A program made the position numbers and the translations under genes. The notes under the pieces are model-generated. The model searched no databases and had not been told where the DNA came from. It saw only the letters and a list, made by a program, of their open reading frames with translations. This document shows positions 47,934-57,229 of a stretch of DNA of 64,000 nucleotides, piece after piece. Origin of the DNA: Terriglobia bacterium (GTDB taxonomy: Bacteria; Acidobacteriota; Terriglobia; 20CM-2-55-15). The stretch lies in contig CBDCKF010000002.1 of assembly GCA_965218085.1 (NCBI GenBank), forward strand, positions 3,336,288-3,400,287. Direction: 5' to 3'. Each line of letters starts with the position of its first letter. The first letter of the stretch is position 1.

Positions 47934-50075
47934 CTACGCCTTCGTGTAGGTGTTTTGTGCCTGTTCGAGGAAGAGCGCGGCTTCCTCGATCCGACGCCTG
48001 GCATCATCGGCGGTGAATTCGGCGCCGATTTCCTGAGTGGTTCTGAAGAAATTTTCAGCGAAGGGCTTGTGGAAGCGACCGGTTTCATAGAATCTCTTTC
48101 GGAACTCAGCGACGCAGTCGTAGTTATCCGACAACAGCAGGCCTTCTGTCGACAGCAGCGCGTCCGCAGCTTTCCTTGTCGCGTTCATCGCCCCCTCGGC
48201 TGCTTCCTGGTAGCGTTCACCATCCAGTGCCAATGTGGCCTCGAAAACGAGTCGATCGGCTTCTTCGAGCATGAATTCCGCTTGATCTACCATCGCTCCC
48301 GCACATTCGCCAACGCCCGTTTCTTTGTGGTACTCCCATGATTGCCGGTTATCGATGTAAAGTTCGGGTGCCGACTCGTAAGTCTGAAGCGTGAGCTCTT
48401 CTATTTCCGATTTCAAACGTGCTTTGCCCAGCCGCCCGACGAAGCGGGAAAAGGTCTCTCCCTCCTGTTTCTCCGCAGTATAGAGAGCGGTCAAGCGTTC
48501 GACGACGCGGGGCGCGTTCCGCGCGGGGACCTTGGCTGTGACGAGTCCGTACGAGTCTGCATTGTGGTCGGTTGTACCGCCGAGAACGACCTGAAAGACC
48601 GGGGCTGTGAAGGCGCCTTTGCGCTGAACCGAACCCAGAAATCCGATATCGGCAATATGGTGCTGACCGCAAGAGTTGAAACACCCGCTGATCTTGATCT
48701 TGATATCCTCCCGATGGGAGGTCTCTTCCATGCCGTTGTTGAATTTTTCATCGAAGACCGCGGCCAGGCCTCGGGATGAGGTTATGCCGAGCTTGCAGGA
48801 ATCGGTGCCGGGGCAGGCCGTGATATCGGCGAGCCGGGCCGATCCAGTGCGATTCAGGCCGATTCGTTTAAGGTCCGCGTACAAAGCCGGCAGGTCGGCA
48901 TTCGAGACCCAGCGGAGAAGAAGGTTCTGTGTCACTGTCGTCCGAACCGTATCGCTGATGTAGTTTTGGCAGACCCTGGCCAGTTCCCTCAGTTGGTCCG
49001 CTGTGATATCCCCCAGAGGAAGAAATACTTCGACCATCGAGTAACCATCCTGGGCCTGCGGGCGGACGTTCGTGTCGAACCAAGTCTTAAGCTCAGGAGT
49101 CGTCAACAGGCCGGGGGTCAGCGTAGATCCCGGTTTCAGCGGCTGTTCGATTCGGGTGGCAGCCGTAGCGATCGCGGTTTCCCACTCCGCGTCTACGGGC
49201 AGCTTTTCACGTTCTTCCTCAACCAGCCGGCGGAACTCGTCGATCCCGAGTATGTTCACCAGGAACTTCATGCGTGCCCTGTTCCGGTCATCTTTTTCAC
49301 CGAGGCGCGCAAACACCCGGGACATTGCCTGCGCCAGCGGCAGCATCTGATCCGCAGGAATGAAGTCGCTATAGAGTTTCGCCTGGTGGGGAATTGCGCC
49401 GAGGCCACCACCGACATAAACCTTAAATCCGTGAATCTTCTTACGGCCTTCTTCGCGGATCGTTGCCACTGCGCCGATGTCATGCATCTTTGCCAGACCG
49501 CACGGTTTATCTGCGCATCCGGAGTAAGCAATCTTGAACTTACGTCCAAAATTCTGTGCGTCGGGGTGGCGTAGAAGGAAAGCTGCCATTGCGAGGGCGT
49601 GGGACGTCGGATCGAATTCTTCACTCGAGCACACACCCGCTTCCGGGCATCCGGTAACGTTACGGACAACATTGCCGCAGGCTTCGCGCGTTGTGATTCC
49701 CACCTCAGCCAATCGCCGCATCATGTTGGGTGTGTCGTCGATGTCCACGAAGTGGTACTGGATGTCCTGACGTGTTGTGATGTGGCTAATTCCGTCGGCA
49801 TATTCCTCGGACAAATCAGCCAATCGGATCATCTGTTCGGCGGTGAGCATTCCGAGCGGTATCTTGATCCGCTGCATCTGGACGCCTTCCTGACGCTGCC
49901 CGTAGACACCGTGCCGCAGTCGGAACTCAAGAAAAACCTTTTCCGACATTTGCCCGGTCTGGACGCGCTTGAGTTGAGTCTCGAAGACATCGATTTCGTC
50001 TCGGATGTCTTCGGGAAGATGTGCCCATCGATTTTTTGGATTCGGGATTTCGGCTGGGATCTCGGTTGTCGCCAT
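47934..50075 (-). CDS. cysI: Sulfite/nitrite reductase hemoprotein (siroheme + 4Fe-4S) with C-terminal extension
   Basis: Two NIR_SIR ferredoxin-like half-domains and Cys cluster motifs (TGCPEAGVC, CPGTDSCKLG). 713 aa. Confidence 0.8.
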   Translation of the reverse strand: MATTEIPAEIPNPKNRWAHLPEDIRDEIDVFETQLKRVQTGQMSEKVFLEFRLRHGVYGQRQEGVQMQRIKIPLGMLTAEQMIRLADLSEEYADGISHITTRQDIQYHFVDIDDTPNMMRRLAEVGITTREACGNVVRNVTGCPEAGVCSSEEFDPTSHALAMAAFLLRHPDAQNFGRKFKIAYSGCADKPCGLAKMHDIGAVATIREEGRKKIHGFKVYVGGGLGAIPHQAKLYSDFIPADQMLPLAQAMSRVFARLGEKDDRNRARMKFLVNILGIDEFRRLVEEEREKLPVDAEWETAIATAATRIEQPLKPGSTLTPGLLTTPELKTWFDTNVRPQAQDGYSMVEVFLPLGDITADQLRELARVCQNYISDTVRTTVTQNLLLRWVSNADLPALYADLKRIGLNRTGSARLADITACPGTDSCKLGITSSRGLAAVFDEKFNNGMEETSHREDIKIKISGCFNSCGQHHIADIGFLGSVQRKGAFTAPVFQVVLGGTTDHNADSYGLVTAKVPARNAPRVVERLTALYTAEKQEGETFSRFVGRLGKARLKSEIEELTLQTYESAPELYIDNRQSWEYHKETGVGECAGAMVDQAEFMLEEADRLVFEATLALDGERYQEAAEGAMNATRKAADALLSTEGLLLSDNYDCVAEFRKRFYETGRFHKPFAENFFRTTQEIGAEFTADDARRRIEEAALFLEQAQNTYTKA

Positions 50076-50379
50076 GGTCGGCTGCTCCGTTTGTTTACGA
50101 TTTGGCGGTCTATTCTATACTAAATTAATCCAGTTTATCCAAAAACACCCCGTCCAAGCCTCCGATCGAGGGAGGTGGATAGCTTCGGAACGCCCGATAG
50201 TGATCCTTAAAATACTGATAAATAAGAGTATTACCTATCTGGTTCAGGCGAGCTCCCGGGATGATTGTATTCTTGACTAACATAATAAAGTAACTATAAA
50301 ATCAAAGGTCGATCGTGAGACTCCGTGAGCCTTATTAGGGTGTCTTACTCTTTCAGATTGCGACCGAGGATCACACAGT

Positions 50380-51150
50380 TTGGATTTCAATATTCTACTA
50401 CCGGTTGCGGGATTCGCAGTCGGCGTTATTGTGGGGATGACCGGTGTGGGTGGTGGGGCGCTCATGACGCCTGCCTTGATCTTCGGATTGGGGATCACGC
50501 CTGTCGTCGCCGTAGGCACGGATTTGATGTTTGCGGGCATGACCAAATCGATCGGGGTTTACGCACATCGAGTCGCGGGAAACATCGACTGGACTGCCAT
50601 GCGCCTGCTTGCCTGTGGAAGCATCCCTGCGACGATCGGCTCGATAATAATTCTGAAACGTATTTCATCGCTCGAGGTCTTGAACGCTGCAGTCTTACCG
50701 ATTCTTGGGGGTGCCCTGTTGCTGACCGCCCTGGTTGTTGTTTCGCGAGGCCGGATCGCGGCCGTTGCCGTGCGACTATCGGGGCGTTCAAGTCCTGTCG
50801 GGCCCGCTTGGATCATTTTTTCAGGTGCGACGCTGGGGTGCCTTGTAACCCTGTCCTCTGTCGGTGCCGGTGCACTGGGAGTGGCGGTGCTCATGATCTG
50901 CCGGCCGTCAATGCAGTCGAAGCAAATTGTCGGGACGAATCTGGCACACGCCTTACCTCTGGCACTGATCGCTGGCGCTGGACACTGGACTTTAGGAACG
51001 GTCGATTTTGGACTTCTGGTTGCGTTACTGATTGGGTCTATCCCCGGAATCTATCTGGGGAGTTCATTGACGGGCCGGGTTCCGGAATCCATCTTACGAG
51101 CCCTGCTGGCCACGGTCCTTGTGGCTGCCGGTTTGATGTGCATTCTCTGA
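50380..51150 (+). CDS. TauE/SafE-family (sulfite exporter-like) membrane protein
   Basis: Duplicated 4-TM repeats with G-rich motifs (GMTGVGGGALMTPALI, LSSVGAGALGVAVLM). TTG start. Confidence 0.75.
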   Translation: MDFNILLPVAGFAVGVIVGMTGVGGGALMTPALIFGLGITPVVAVGTDLMFAGMTKSIGVYAHRVAGNIDWTAMRLLACGSIPATIGSIIILKRISSLEVLNAAVLPILGGALLLTALVVVSRGRIAAVAVRLSGRSSPVGPAWIIFSGATLGCLVTLSSVGAGALGVAVLMICRPSMQSKQIVGTNLAHALPLALIAGAGHWTLGTVDFGLLVALLIGSIPGIYLGSSLTGRVPESILRALLATVLVAAGLMCIL

Positions 51151-51167
51151 GATGTGCATTCTCTGAC

Positions 51168-51881
51168 ATGATGAAAAATCCAGGTGTTTCCAAAGGCGTG
51201 ATTTCCCGGCTGACGGGGGCTGCTGCGACCGTTCTTGGCGAGATTGTGGAGTCGTCATCACCCGCCGGGTTTGCGTCCAGTTTCGGCGCCGAAGACATGG
51301 TGCTTCTCGATCTGATTGCCAGCCACGCACGTCAGATAGAGGTTTTCACGCTCGACACAGGCAGGCTTCCCGAAGAGACCTACAGGCTGATGTCCAGGAC
51401 GCGGAAGCGTTATCGGGTTCCCATCCGTGTCTATTGTCCCGAAACCGCTGCCTTGGAAACCTATGTCGAGAGGAACGGACCGGACGCTTTCTATCAGAGT
51501 ATCGCGCAGAGGCGTGAGTGCTGCCACATTCGGAAGGTGGAGCCTTTGGGGCGGGCGCTGGAAGGGAAGAAGTCGTGGGTGACGGGGCTGAGGCGAGATC
51601 AGTCGCCGACGCGTGAAAACCTCGACGTCAAAGTTTGGGACGATAGCAATGGCCTGTACAAGTTCAACCCTCTTCTGGAATGGAGTGTGGACGAGATTTG
51701 GACGTATATCCACGAGAACGAGGTCCCCTATAACAGTCTCCATGATGCCGGTTATCCCAGCATCGGCTGTGCCCCATGCACGCGTGCGGTTGAACCGGGT
51801 GCAGACATCCGTTCCGGTCGCTGGTGGTGGGAGAGTGCTGATTCCAAGGAATGCGGCCTGCACGCGGCCAAGTCATATTGA
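51168..51881 (+). CDS. cysH: Phosphoadenosine phosphosulfate (PAPS/APS) reductase
   Basis: [14 protein letters not shown]-motif and C-terminal ECGLH. 237 aa. The ORF track merges it into a longer upstream ORF. Confidence 0.85.
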   Translation: MMKNPGVSKGVISRLTGAAATVLGEIVESSSPAGFASSFGAEDMVLLDLIASHARQIEVFTLDTGRLPEETYRLMSRTRKRYRVPIRVYCPETAALETYVERNGPDAFYQSIAQRRECCHIRKVEPLGRALEGKKSWVTGLRRDQSPTRENLDVKVWDDSNGLYKFNPLLEWSVDEIWTYIHENEVPYNSLHDAGYPSIGCAPCTRAVEPGADIRSGRWWWESADSKECGLHAAKSY

Positions 51882-52789
51882 TGTCGGACGTGAAAGCATA
51901 TTCGAGCCATCTCGACGTTCTTGAAGACGAATCGATCTTCATCCTCCGTGAGGTCGCCGCGGAATTCAGGAACCCGGTTATTTTGTACTCGATCGGTAAG
52001 GACTCCAGTGTTCTCGTTCATCTTGCGAGGAAAGCGTTTCATCCCGCTCCGATACCCTTTCCTCTGCTCCACATCGATACGGGCTACAAGTTCAAGGAAA
52101 TGATCGAATTTCGCGATCGTTTTGCCGAATCGATCGGAGCCCGTTTGATCGTGCACCGTAACGAAGAGGCGATCGCCGCCGGAGCCCACCCCCTGAAGCT
52201 CGGTGTGGCGCGTTGCTGCGGACAGCTCAAGACGGGCGCGCTGCTTGAAGCGCTGGAACAGCATGAATTCGACGCGGCTATAGGCGGTGCCCGGCGCGAT
52301 GAAGAACGTTCGCGTGCGAAGGAGCGCGTCTTTTCTTTTCGGGATGCCTTTGGCCAGTGGGATCCGAAGAATCAGCGTCCGGAGTTGTGGCATCTGTTCA
52401 ACACCCGTGTGTTCGAGGGAGAGAGCATGCGCGTGTTTCCCCTCTCAAACTGGACCGAATCCGACATCTGGCACTACATCCAGAGAGAAGAGATCCCGAT
52501 CGTGCCTCTGTATTTCGCCAAGGAAAGGGAAGTCGTTCGCCGGGGCGTTAACCTCATTCCGGCGGATGACGTGGGGAATCTCAAGGACGGGGAAGAGGCG
52601 ATGACGATGTGTGTCCGTTTTCGGACGCTCGGTTGTGCTCCCTGCACGGGAGCCGTGGCCTCGGAGGCGACAACGCTGAATCAGATCGCCATCGAGGCGG
52701 ACGCGGCGATCAGGAGCGAGCGTGAGACGCGCGTCATCGATCACGGCTCGAACACGATGGAAGACAAGAAGAAGGAAGGTTACTTTTGA
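51881..52789 (+). CDS. cysD: Sulfate adenylyltransferase subunit 2
   Basis: [14 protein letters not shown]-loop. Its ATG overlaps the cysH TGA. Confidence 0.9.
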   Translation: MSDVKAYSSHLDVLEDESIFILREVAAEFRNPVILYSIGKDSSVLVHLARKAFHPAPIPFPLLHIDTGYKFKEMIEFRDRFAESIGARLIVHRNEEAIAAGAHPLKLGVARCCGQLKTGALLEALEQHEFDAAIGGARRDEERSRAKERVFSFRDAFGQWDPKNQRPELWHLFNTRVFEGESMRVFPLSNWTESDIWHYIQREEIPIVPLYFAKEREVVRRGVNLIPADDVGNLKDGEEAMTMCVRFRTLGCAPCTGAVASEATTLNQIAIEADAAIRSERETRVIDHGSNTMEDKKKEGYF

Positions 52790-54108
52790 AAGCGACGGCG
52801 ACTGCAGCCGGTATCGATCAAGTCAAACTACTGCGGCTGACCACGGCCGGCAGTGTGGATGACGGCAAGTCTACTTTGATCGGACGTCTCCTGGTGGATA
52901 CCAAGGGGGCTTTCGAGGATCAGATCGCCGCGGCTCGTGACTACAACGAACAAAGGGGCGGGCGGGGAATCGACTTTGCGCTCCTGACCGACGGTCTGAA
53001 GGCGGAGCGGGAGCAGGGCATTACGATCGATGTGGCCTACCGGTACTTTGCGACGCCGAAACGACGCTTCATTATTGCCGACACGCCGGGACACGAACAG
53101 TACACGCGCAACATGGTTACAGGCGCGAGCACTGCAGAGCTTGCGCTGATTCTTGTGGATGCGAGAAACGGCATGGTGATCCAGTCACGCCGCCACATTT
53201 GCATTGCCCATCTGCTTGGCATTACCGATTTCGTTATCGCGATCAATAAAATGGATCTCGTGGACTATTCCGAGTCCGTCTATACAGAGATCAAAGAGCA
53301 GTTCGTTGACTTCTTCAACCGGCTGGGTGTGCGTCACGCGCGCGCACACAATGCCTGGTATGTTCCGGTGTCTGCGACGCACGGGGACATGGTTACGGTC
53401 CGGGGTGATCGGATGCCCTGGTATCGGGCCGAGACCTTGCTCGAGTTGCTCGAGTCTGTCGAACCTGCAACGGATGTCCCCACATCAGGAGTCCGCTTTC
53501 CAGTCCAGATGGTGTCCCGCCCGCAGACGAAAGAGTTTCCCGATTTCAGAGGATATATGGGCCGTCTGGTATCGGGGCACATTGCGGTTGGAGACACGAT
53601 ACAGGTTTTGCCCTCAGGCTTAACGAGCACAATCGGGAGTATCGTCAGCTTCGAGGGTGAGCATGACAGTGTGGAGGCACCTCGGTCGGCAACCCTGACG
53701 CTGGAAGACGATATCGATATTTCACGCGGGGACCTGATTGTGAGCGATGGGGACGATCCGAGAGTTATCTCCGAGTTCGCTGCGACCGTCTGCTGGATGT
53801 CAGACACACCCTTAGAGAAAGGCACGAAGTATCTGATCAAACACAACTGCCGGACGACAAAGGCTTTGGTTTCCAATATTGATCACACGATTGACGTCAA
53901 CACACTTCAGACCGATTCGGGGGAGCGCCCTTTCGAAAAGAACGCTATCGGTCGTGTCCAGTTTAAGACTTTACAGCCCCTGGTCTGCGACGCATATCGA
54001 ACCAACCGGGCAACCGGCGCATTCATCCTGATCGATCCCGCCAACAACGAGACTCTCGCCTGCGGTATGATCGACCTGCCGCGGGACGGATTTGCTCCTA
54101 ACATTTAG
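52786..54108 (+). CDS. cysN: Sulfate adenylyltransferase subunit 1 (GTPase)
   Basis: [15 protein letters not shown]-loop, DTPGHEQY and NKMDL GTPase motifs. TTG start overlapping the cysD stop. Confidence 0.9.
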   Translation: MKATATAAGIDQVKLLRLTTAGSVDDGKSTLIGRLLVDTKGAFEDQIAAARDYNEQRGGRGIDFALLTDGLKAEREQGITIDVAYRYFATPKRRFIIADTPGHEQYTRNMVTGASTAELALILVDARNGMVIQSRRHICIAHLLGITDFVIAINKMDLVDYSESVYTEIKEQFVDFFNRLGVRHARAHNAWYVPVSATHGDMVTVRGDRMPWYRAETLLELLESVEPATDVPTSGVRFPVQMVSRPQTKEFPDFRGYMGRLVSGHIAVGDTIQVLPSGLTSTIGSIVSFEGEHDSVEAPRSATLTLEDDIDISRGDLIVSDGDDPRVISEFAATVCWMSDTPLEKGTKYLIKHNCRTTKALVSNIDHTIDVNTLQTDSGERPFEKNAIGRVQFKTLQPLVCDAYRTNRATGAFILIDPANNETLACGMIDLPRDGFAPNI

Positions 54109-54418
54109 TCTGTTTTCAGGATATGAGCGCTCTCCCCAAAGCGGGATGGTCATTGATTAAATTGAAAAGCGGTATCAGATCGATTTCATAGAGCGAGATT
54201 GTCAATCATTGGCTCAAGTTGAATTGGCCCATAAACCTAAGTGTTTATTTCGAGGCGAAGACCGAATTTCAGAGATCGGTGTCCGTCCCCGAACTTGAAT
54301 TCCCTTGGGAGTAACGACGATGGCACGAGTGGATTGGAGTTATCATCGGCCCGCTTGAAAGACCTGTGGACGGACGCAGGAGTTTCTTGCGCAGAACGAT
54401 GTTGAAACCAAAGTAGAA

Positions 54419-54664
54419 GTGAACGCCCGCAAAGTGGCTGTTCCCGAAGCGGAAGTCCTGGATCTGATCCATCAGGTCAACAAGATCTATGCCTGTGTCG
54501 GTAAGAAGGTCGTCTTTTTCGACCTCAAAAAACAGAAACCCGGCCAGGAAGAACTCTTCAAGGCCGTGTGTCGCAACGGGAAGCTTCGCGCTCCCGCGCT
54601 TCGAAAAGGAAAAACACTGATCGTCGGATTCGACGAACCTACTTACGTCCGCGTGTTTAGCTGA
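54419..54664 (+). CDS. Small ArsC/Spx-family-like (thioredoxin-fold) protein, 81 aa, GTG start
   Basis: C-terminal LRAPALRKGKTLIVGFDEPTY resembles the ArsC/Spx/YffB family C-terminus (RP.l..g...vGF...Y). No N-terminal CxxC. Flanked by 27-bp direct repeats. Confidence 0.35.
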   Translation: MNARKVAVPEAEVLDLIHQVNKIYACVGKKVVFFDLKKQKPGQEELFKAVCRNGKLRAPALRKGKTLIVGFDEPTYVRVFS

Positions 54665-54739
54665 AAAAATCGTTACGGGCAAGAGTAGTTCGGGGAGGGA
54701 GACCGAATTTCAGAGATCTGTCTCCGTAACCAACTACTG

Positions 54740-56960
54740 CTGCGCACCCGCTTCAGATTCTTAGGAGTCATTCGAGGAAAGCGCTTAGGTCGGGTCTGAG
54801 AGGTGAGCGAAAGATTGAGAGGCCTGACTGCGTTTGGTTCTCAATCCCGGTAGGAGGTGAGATCGCTCGCACCCCCTCCGGACAGAACGGCTCGTACCGG
54901 CCAGGTAAGCCGCTCCTCGATCAGCGAGTAAACTCCAGTTTAAGATTCCGCTCCGTGTAGTCATGGAGAAAGACAAGTCCGTGGCGGCGGAACCACTCCA
55001 GACTTAGGACGAAGCGAACTTCCCGTCGCAGGACGGATTGCCACGCACTCATCCGCATCCAGGTGCGGTGGGCGTAATACATCGGTGCCCCAGCTCGAAT
55101 CATCATCCGTTGGAACTTGGCCGGCTTCTTCCATTTCTTTAACTGCATGGAACGGAGTCGGCTTCGGATGAATGCATCCAGCTCTTGGAATATCTTACGG
55201 AACTCCTGGATGCGATTGTACCCGACCCAGCCTGCAAGATATTCGTTGAGACCGGCAATCACCTGGGACATCGATTGCCCGTTATTCCGCCGTGTCCGGG
55301 ATCGGACCTCTTGCACAAAGCGCTTGCGCGCCCGTGTACTGACCCGAATCTGGCCCCGCAGGATCTGGAATCCGACAAACTCCACATCCTTCATCGGCGC
55401 CACCCGGCTCTTGTCCCGGTTGACGTGCAATCCGAGTTCATCTTCGAGGAGTCGAGTTATGCTCTCCATCACCCGTCGAGCTGCCCGCTCGGTCTTTAAC
55501 AGGATGACGAAGTCATCGGCCCACCGGCTGAACCGGTGGCCCCGCCGCTCCAGTTCCTGGTCGAGCTCGTTGAGCACGATGTTGGATAGGATCGGCGAGA
55601 CCGGGGAGCCCTGTGGACATCCCTTGTCCGTCTTCTCGACGACACCCTCTACTTCAACTCCCGCCTTCAGCGCCCGCGCCACCATCGTCACGAGCCGCTC
55701 ATCCTGGATCTTCCGTCGAATGAGCTTCAGGATCAGGTTGTGAGGAATCTCGTCGAAGAAGCTCTCAATGTCCAGCGATGCACACCACTCGTAGCCTTCC
55801 ACCACCGCTTTCCGTGCATGGCGGATGGCCTGGTGTTGGCTCTTCCCAGGTCGAAACCCGAAGCTGGACCGGCTAAAGTCACCTTCAAAGATCTCCGTCA
55901 ACACTGTGTGGAGACTTTGACTGACTACGCGATCCATGACCACGGGTATACCCAACTTCCTCTTCTTCGGACTGCCCGGCTTGGGGATCAGGACCCGCCT
56001 TGCGGGCTTGAAACGGTATGTCCCGGCTTCCAGCTTTGCCTGAATTCGTGCGAGAAGCTCGTCTTCTCTCTCCTGGAAAGCGTCCACCGACATGTTGTCT
56101 ACTCCGGCTGAACCGGCGTTGGCCCGAACCTGCTGCCATGCCCGGTAGAGTCGCCCCGGGTTGTAGACCCGTTCCATGGCTCCAACAACTTTCACTTCAC
56201 TTTCTCCGTGACTCTCTACCGCCAGGAATGGCCGGGGATGGTTGGTATTGGCGCCGGGCCCGGACTGCTGCTAACCTCGCCGGGCCTCCGGTTCGGTGCT
56301 CGCGCGGAGCTCGCTGCCCCCATCGGTTTGCTAGGCCCTAAATCCACCCACTGAATCGACTTCCTGATGGTGTCACTCTCGCCTCTCGTCCATGACTTCC
56401 CACCGCCGGATAGCGATCTCCGGTGGCCCGGGTCTTCCCGGTCGTCAGGGTTTTCTCCTCCGCTCTGTTACCAGGCTTCATCGGCCCTGAGTCTTCAGTA
56501 CTACCCATGGATCTGCCACCCTCTGCTTCCTCCCCGCTCCGGGGTCGCCGTTCGCGGTTTGGTTTTCAATACCGGGTCTCGGCGGACTGGATAACCCAAT
56601 GTCCTTTGAGCGTCTGGGTGGACGCACCCACCGTGGGTCCCGATATCGAAGCAATAGGGCTTCCCGGGGTAAGACACGCAACCCCCTCGTATACCGTCCG
56701 GCTTCAGCTCCCTTCGGTGACTACGGTCGGATATCGGGACTCGCTCTCTTACGCCTGCTCGTCCCCCTCCGGGCACCCATCTAGCCGGTTCGCTGTTCGC
56801 TACGTACACGAGTTCTGCCTCATGCTTCTTCCGGACGCCCCATCTCTGAGACTGCCCTTGCCTTGTTGGTGTTCGCCTTCCGTCCGATCACGGTGGCTTT
56901 CCTTCCTTCAGTTGGCGTGCCATGCCCGGCACACATCAGGTACCGCCCGCTGAGCGGGCG
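54740..56960 (-). mobile_element. Group II intron (boundaries approximate); 5' end either GTGCG at 56630 or GTGTG at ~56928 after tandem terminator-like hairpins
   Basis: An RT/maturase ORF with ~0.45-1 kb of non-coding flanks on both sides. Two perfect hairpins (GGCCCCC-cgag-GGGGGCC at 56970-56986 and ACCGCCCGC-tgag-GCGGGCGGT at 56943-56963) lie just upstream on the intron strand. Confidence 0.4.
54921..56195 (-). CDS. Group II intron reverse transcriptase/maturase (no endonuclease domain)
   Basis: RT domains 0-7 (SAGVDNMSVDAF, RRVLIPKPGSPKKRKLGIPVVMDRVV, FGFRPGKSQHQAI, RWADDFVILL) plus maturase X motif (YLAGWVGYN). 424 aa. Confidence 0.85.
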   Translation of the reverse strand: MKVVGAMERVYNPGRLYRAWQQVRANAGSAGVDNMSVDAFQEREDELLARIQAKLEAGTYRFKPARRVLIPKPGSPKKRKLGIPVVMDRVVSQSLHTVLTEIFEGDFSRSSFGFRPGKSQHQAIRHARKAVVEGYEWCASLDIESFFDEIPHNLILKLIRRKIQDERLVTMVARALKAGVEVEGVVEKTDKGCPQGSPVSPILSNIVLNELDQELERRGHRFSRWADDFVILLKTERAARRVMESITRLLEDELGLHVNRDKSRVAPMKDVEFVGFQILRGQIRVSTRARKRFVQEVRSRTRRNNGQSMSQVIAGLNEYLAGWVGYNRIQEFRKIFQELDAFIRSRLRSMQLKKWKKPAKFQRMMIRAGAPMYYAHRTWMRMSAWQSVLRREVRFVLSLEWFRRHGLVFLHDYTERNLKLEFTR

Positions 56961-57229
56961 GTATGACGAAGGCCCCCCGAGGGGGCCTATAAGGGCATCC
57001 TTGCTTCCAGCCTTCTGGCCATCACAATCCACCTGTCGCTTTCGCCCGATGACGTGGACGCCGAGTGACACGATCGATGCGATACAATCCGTCGTGGGAC
57101 TGGCACTGCCATTCGCCAATGACGGTCTCCTTCAATTCGCAGGTGGTGGTTCGTTGATGGAGACCGTCTACCAGAACTGCACGACGGGACGGTCGAACCT
57201 CTTCGAGTCTCACCGCCAGAGGCGGTGGC

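Noticed and set aside
50325-51881. 518-aa ORF spanning the tauE region and cysH
   Set aside because: Only the last 237 aa (from ATG 51168) match PAPS reductase. The upstream part overlaps tauE in another frame and is Cys/Arg-rich nonsense.
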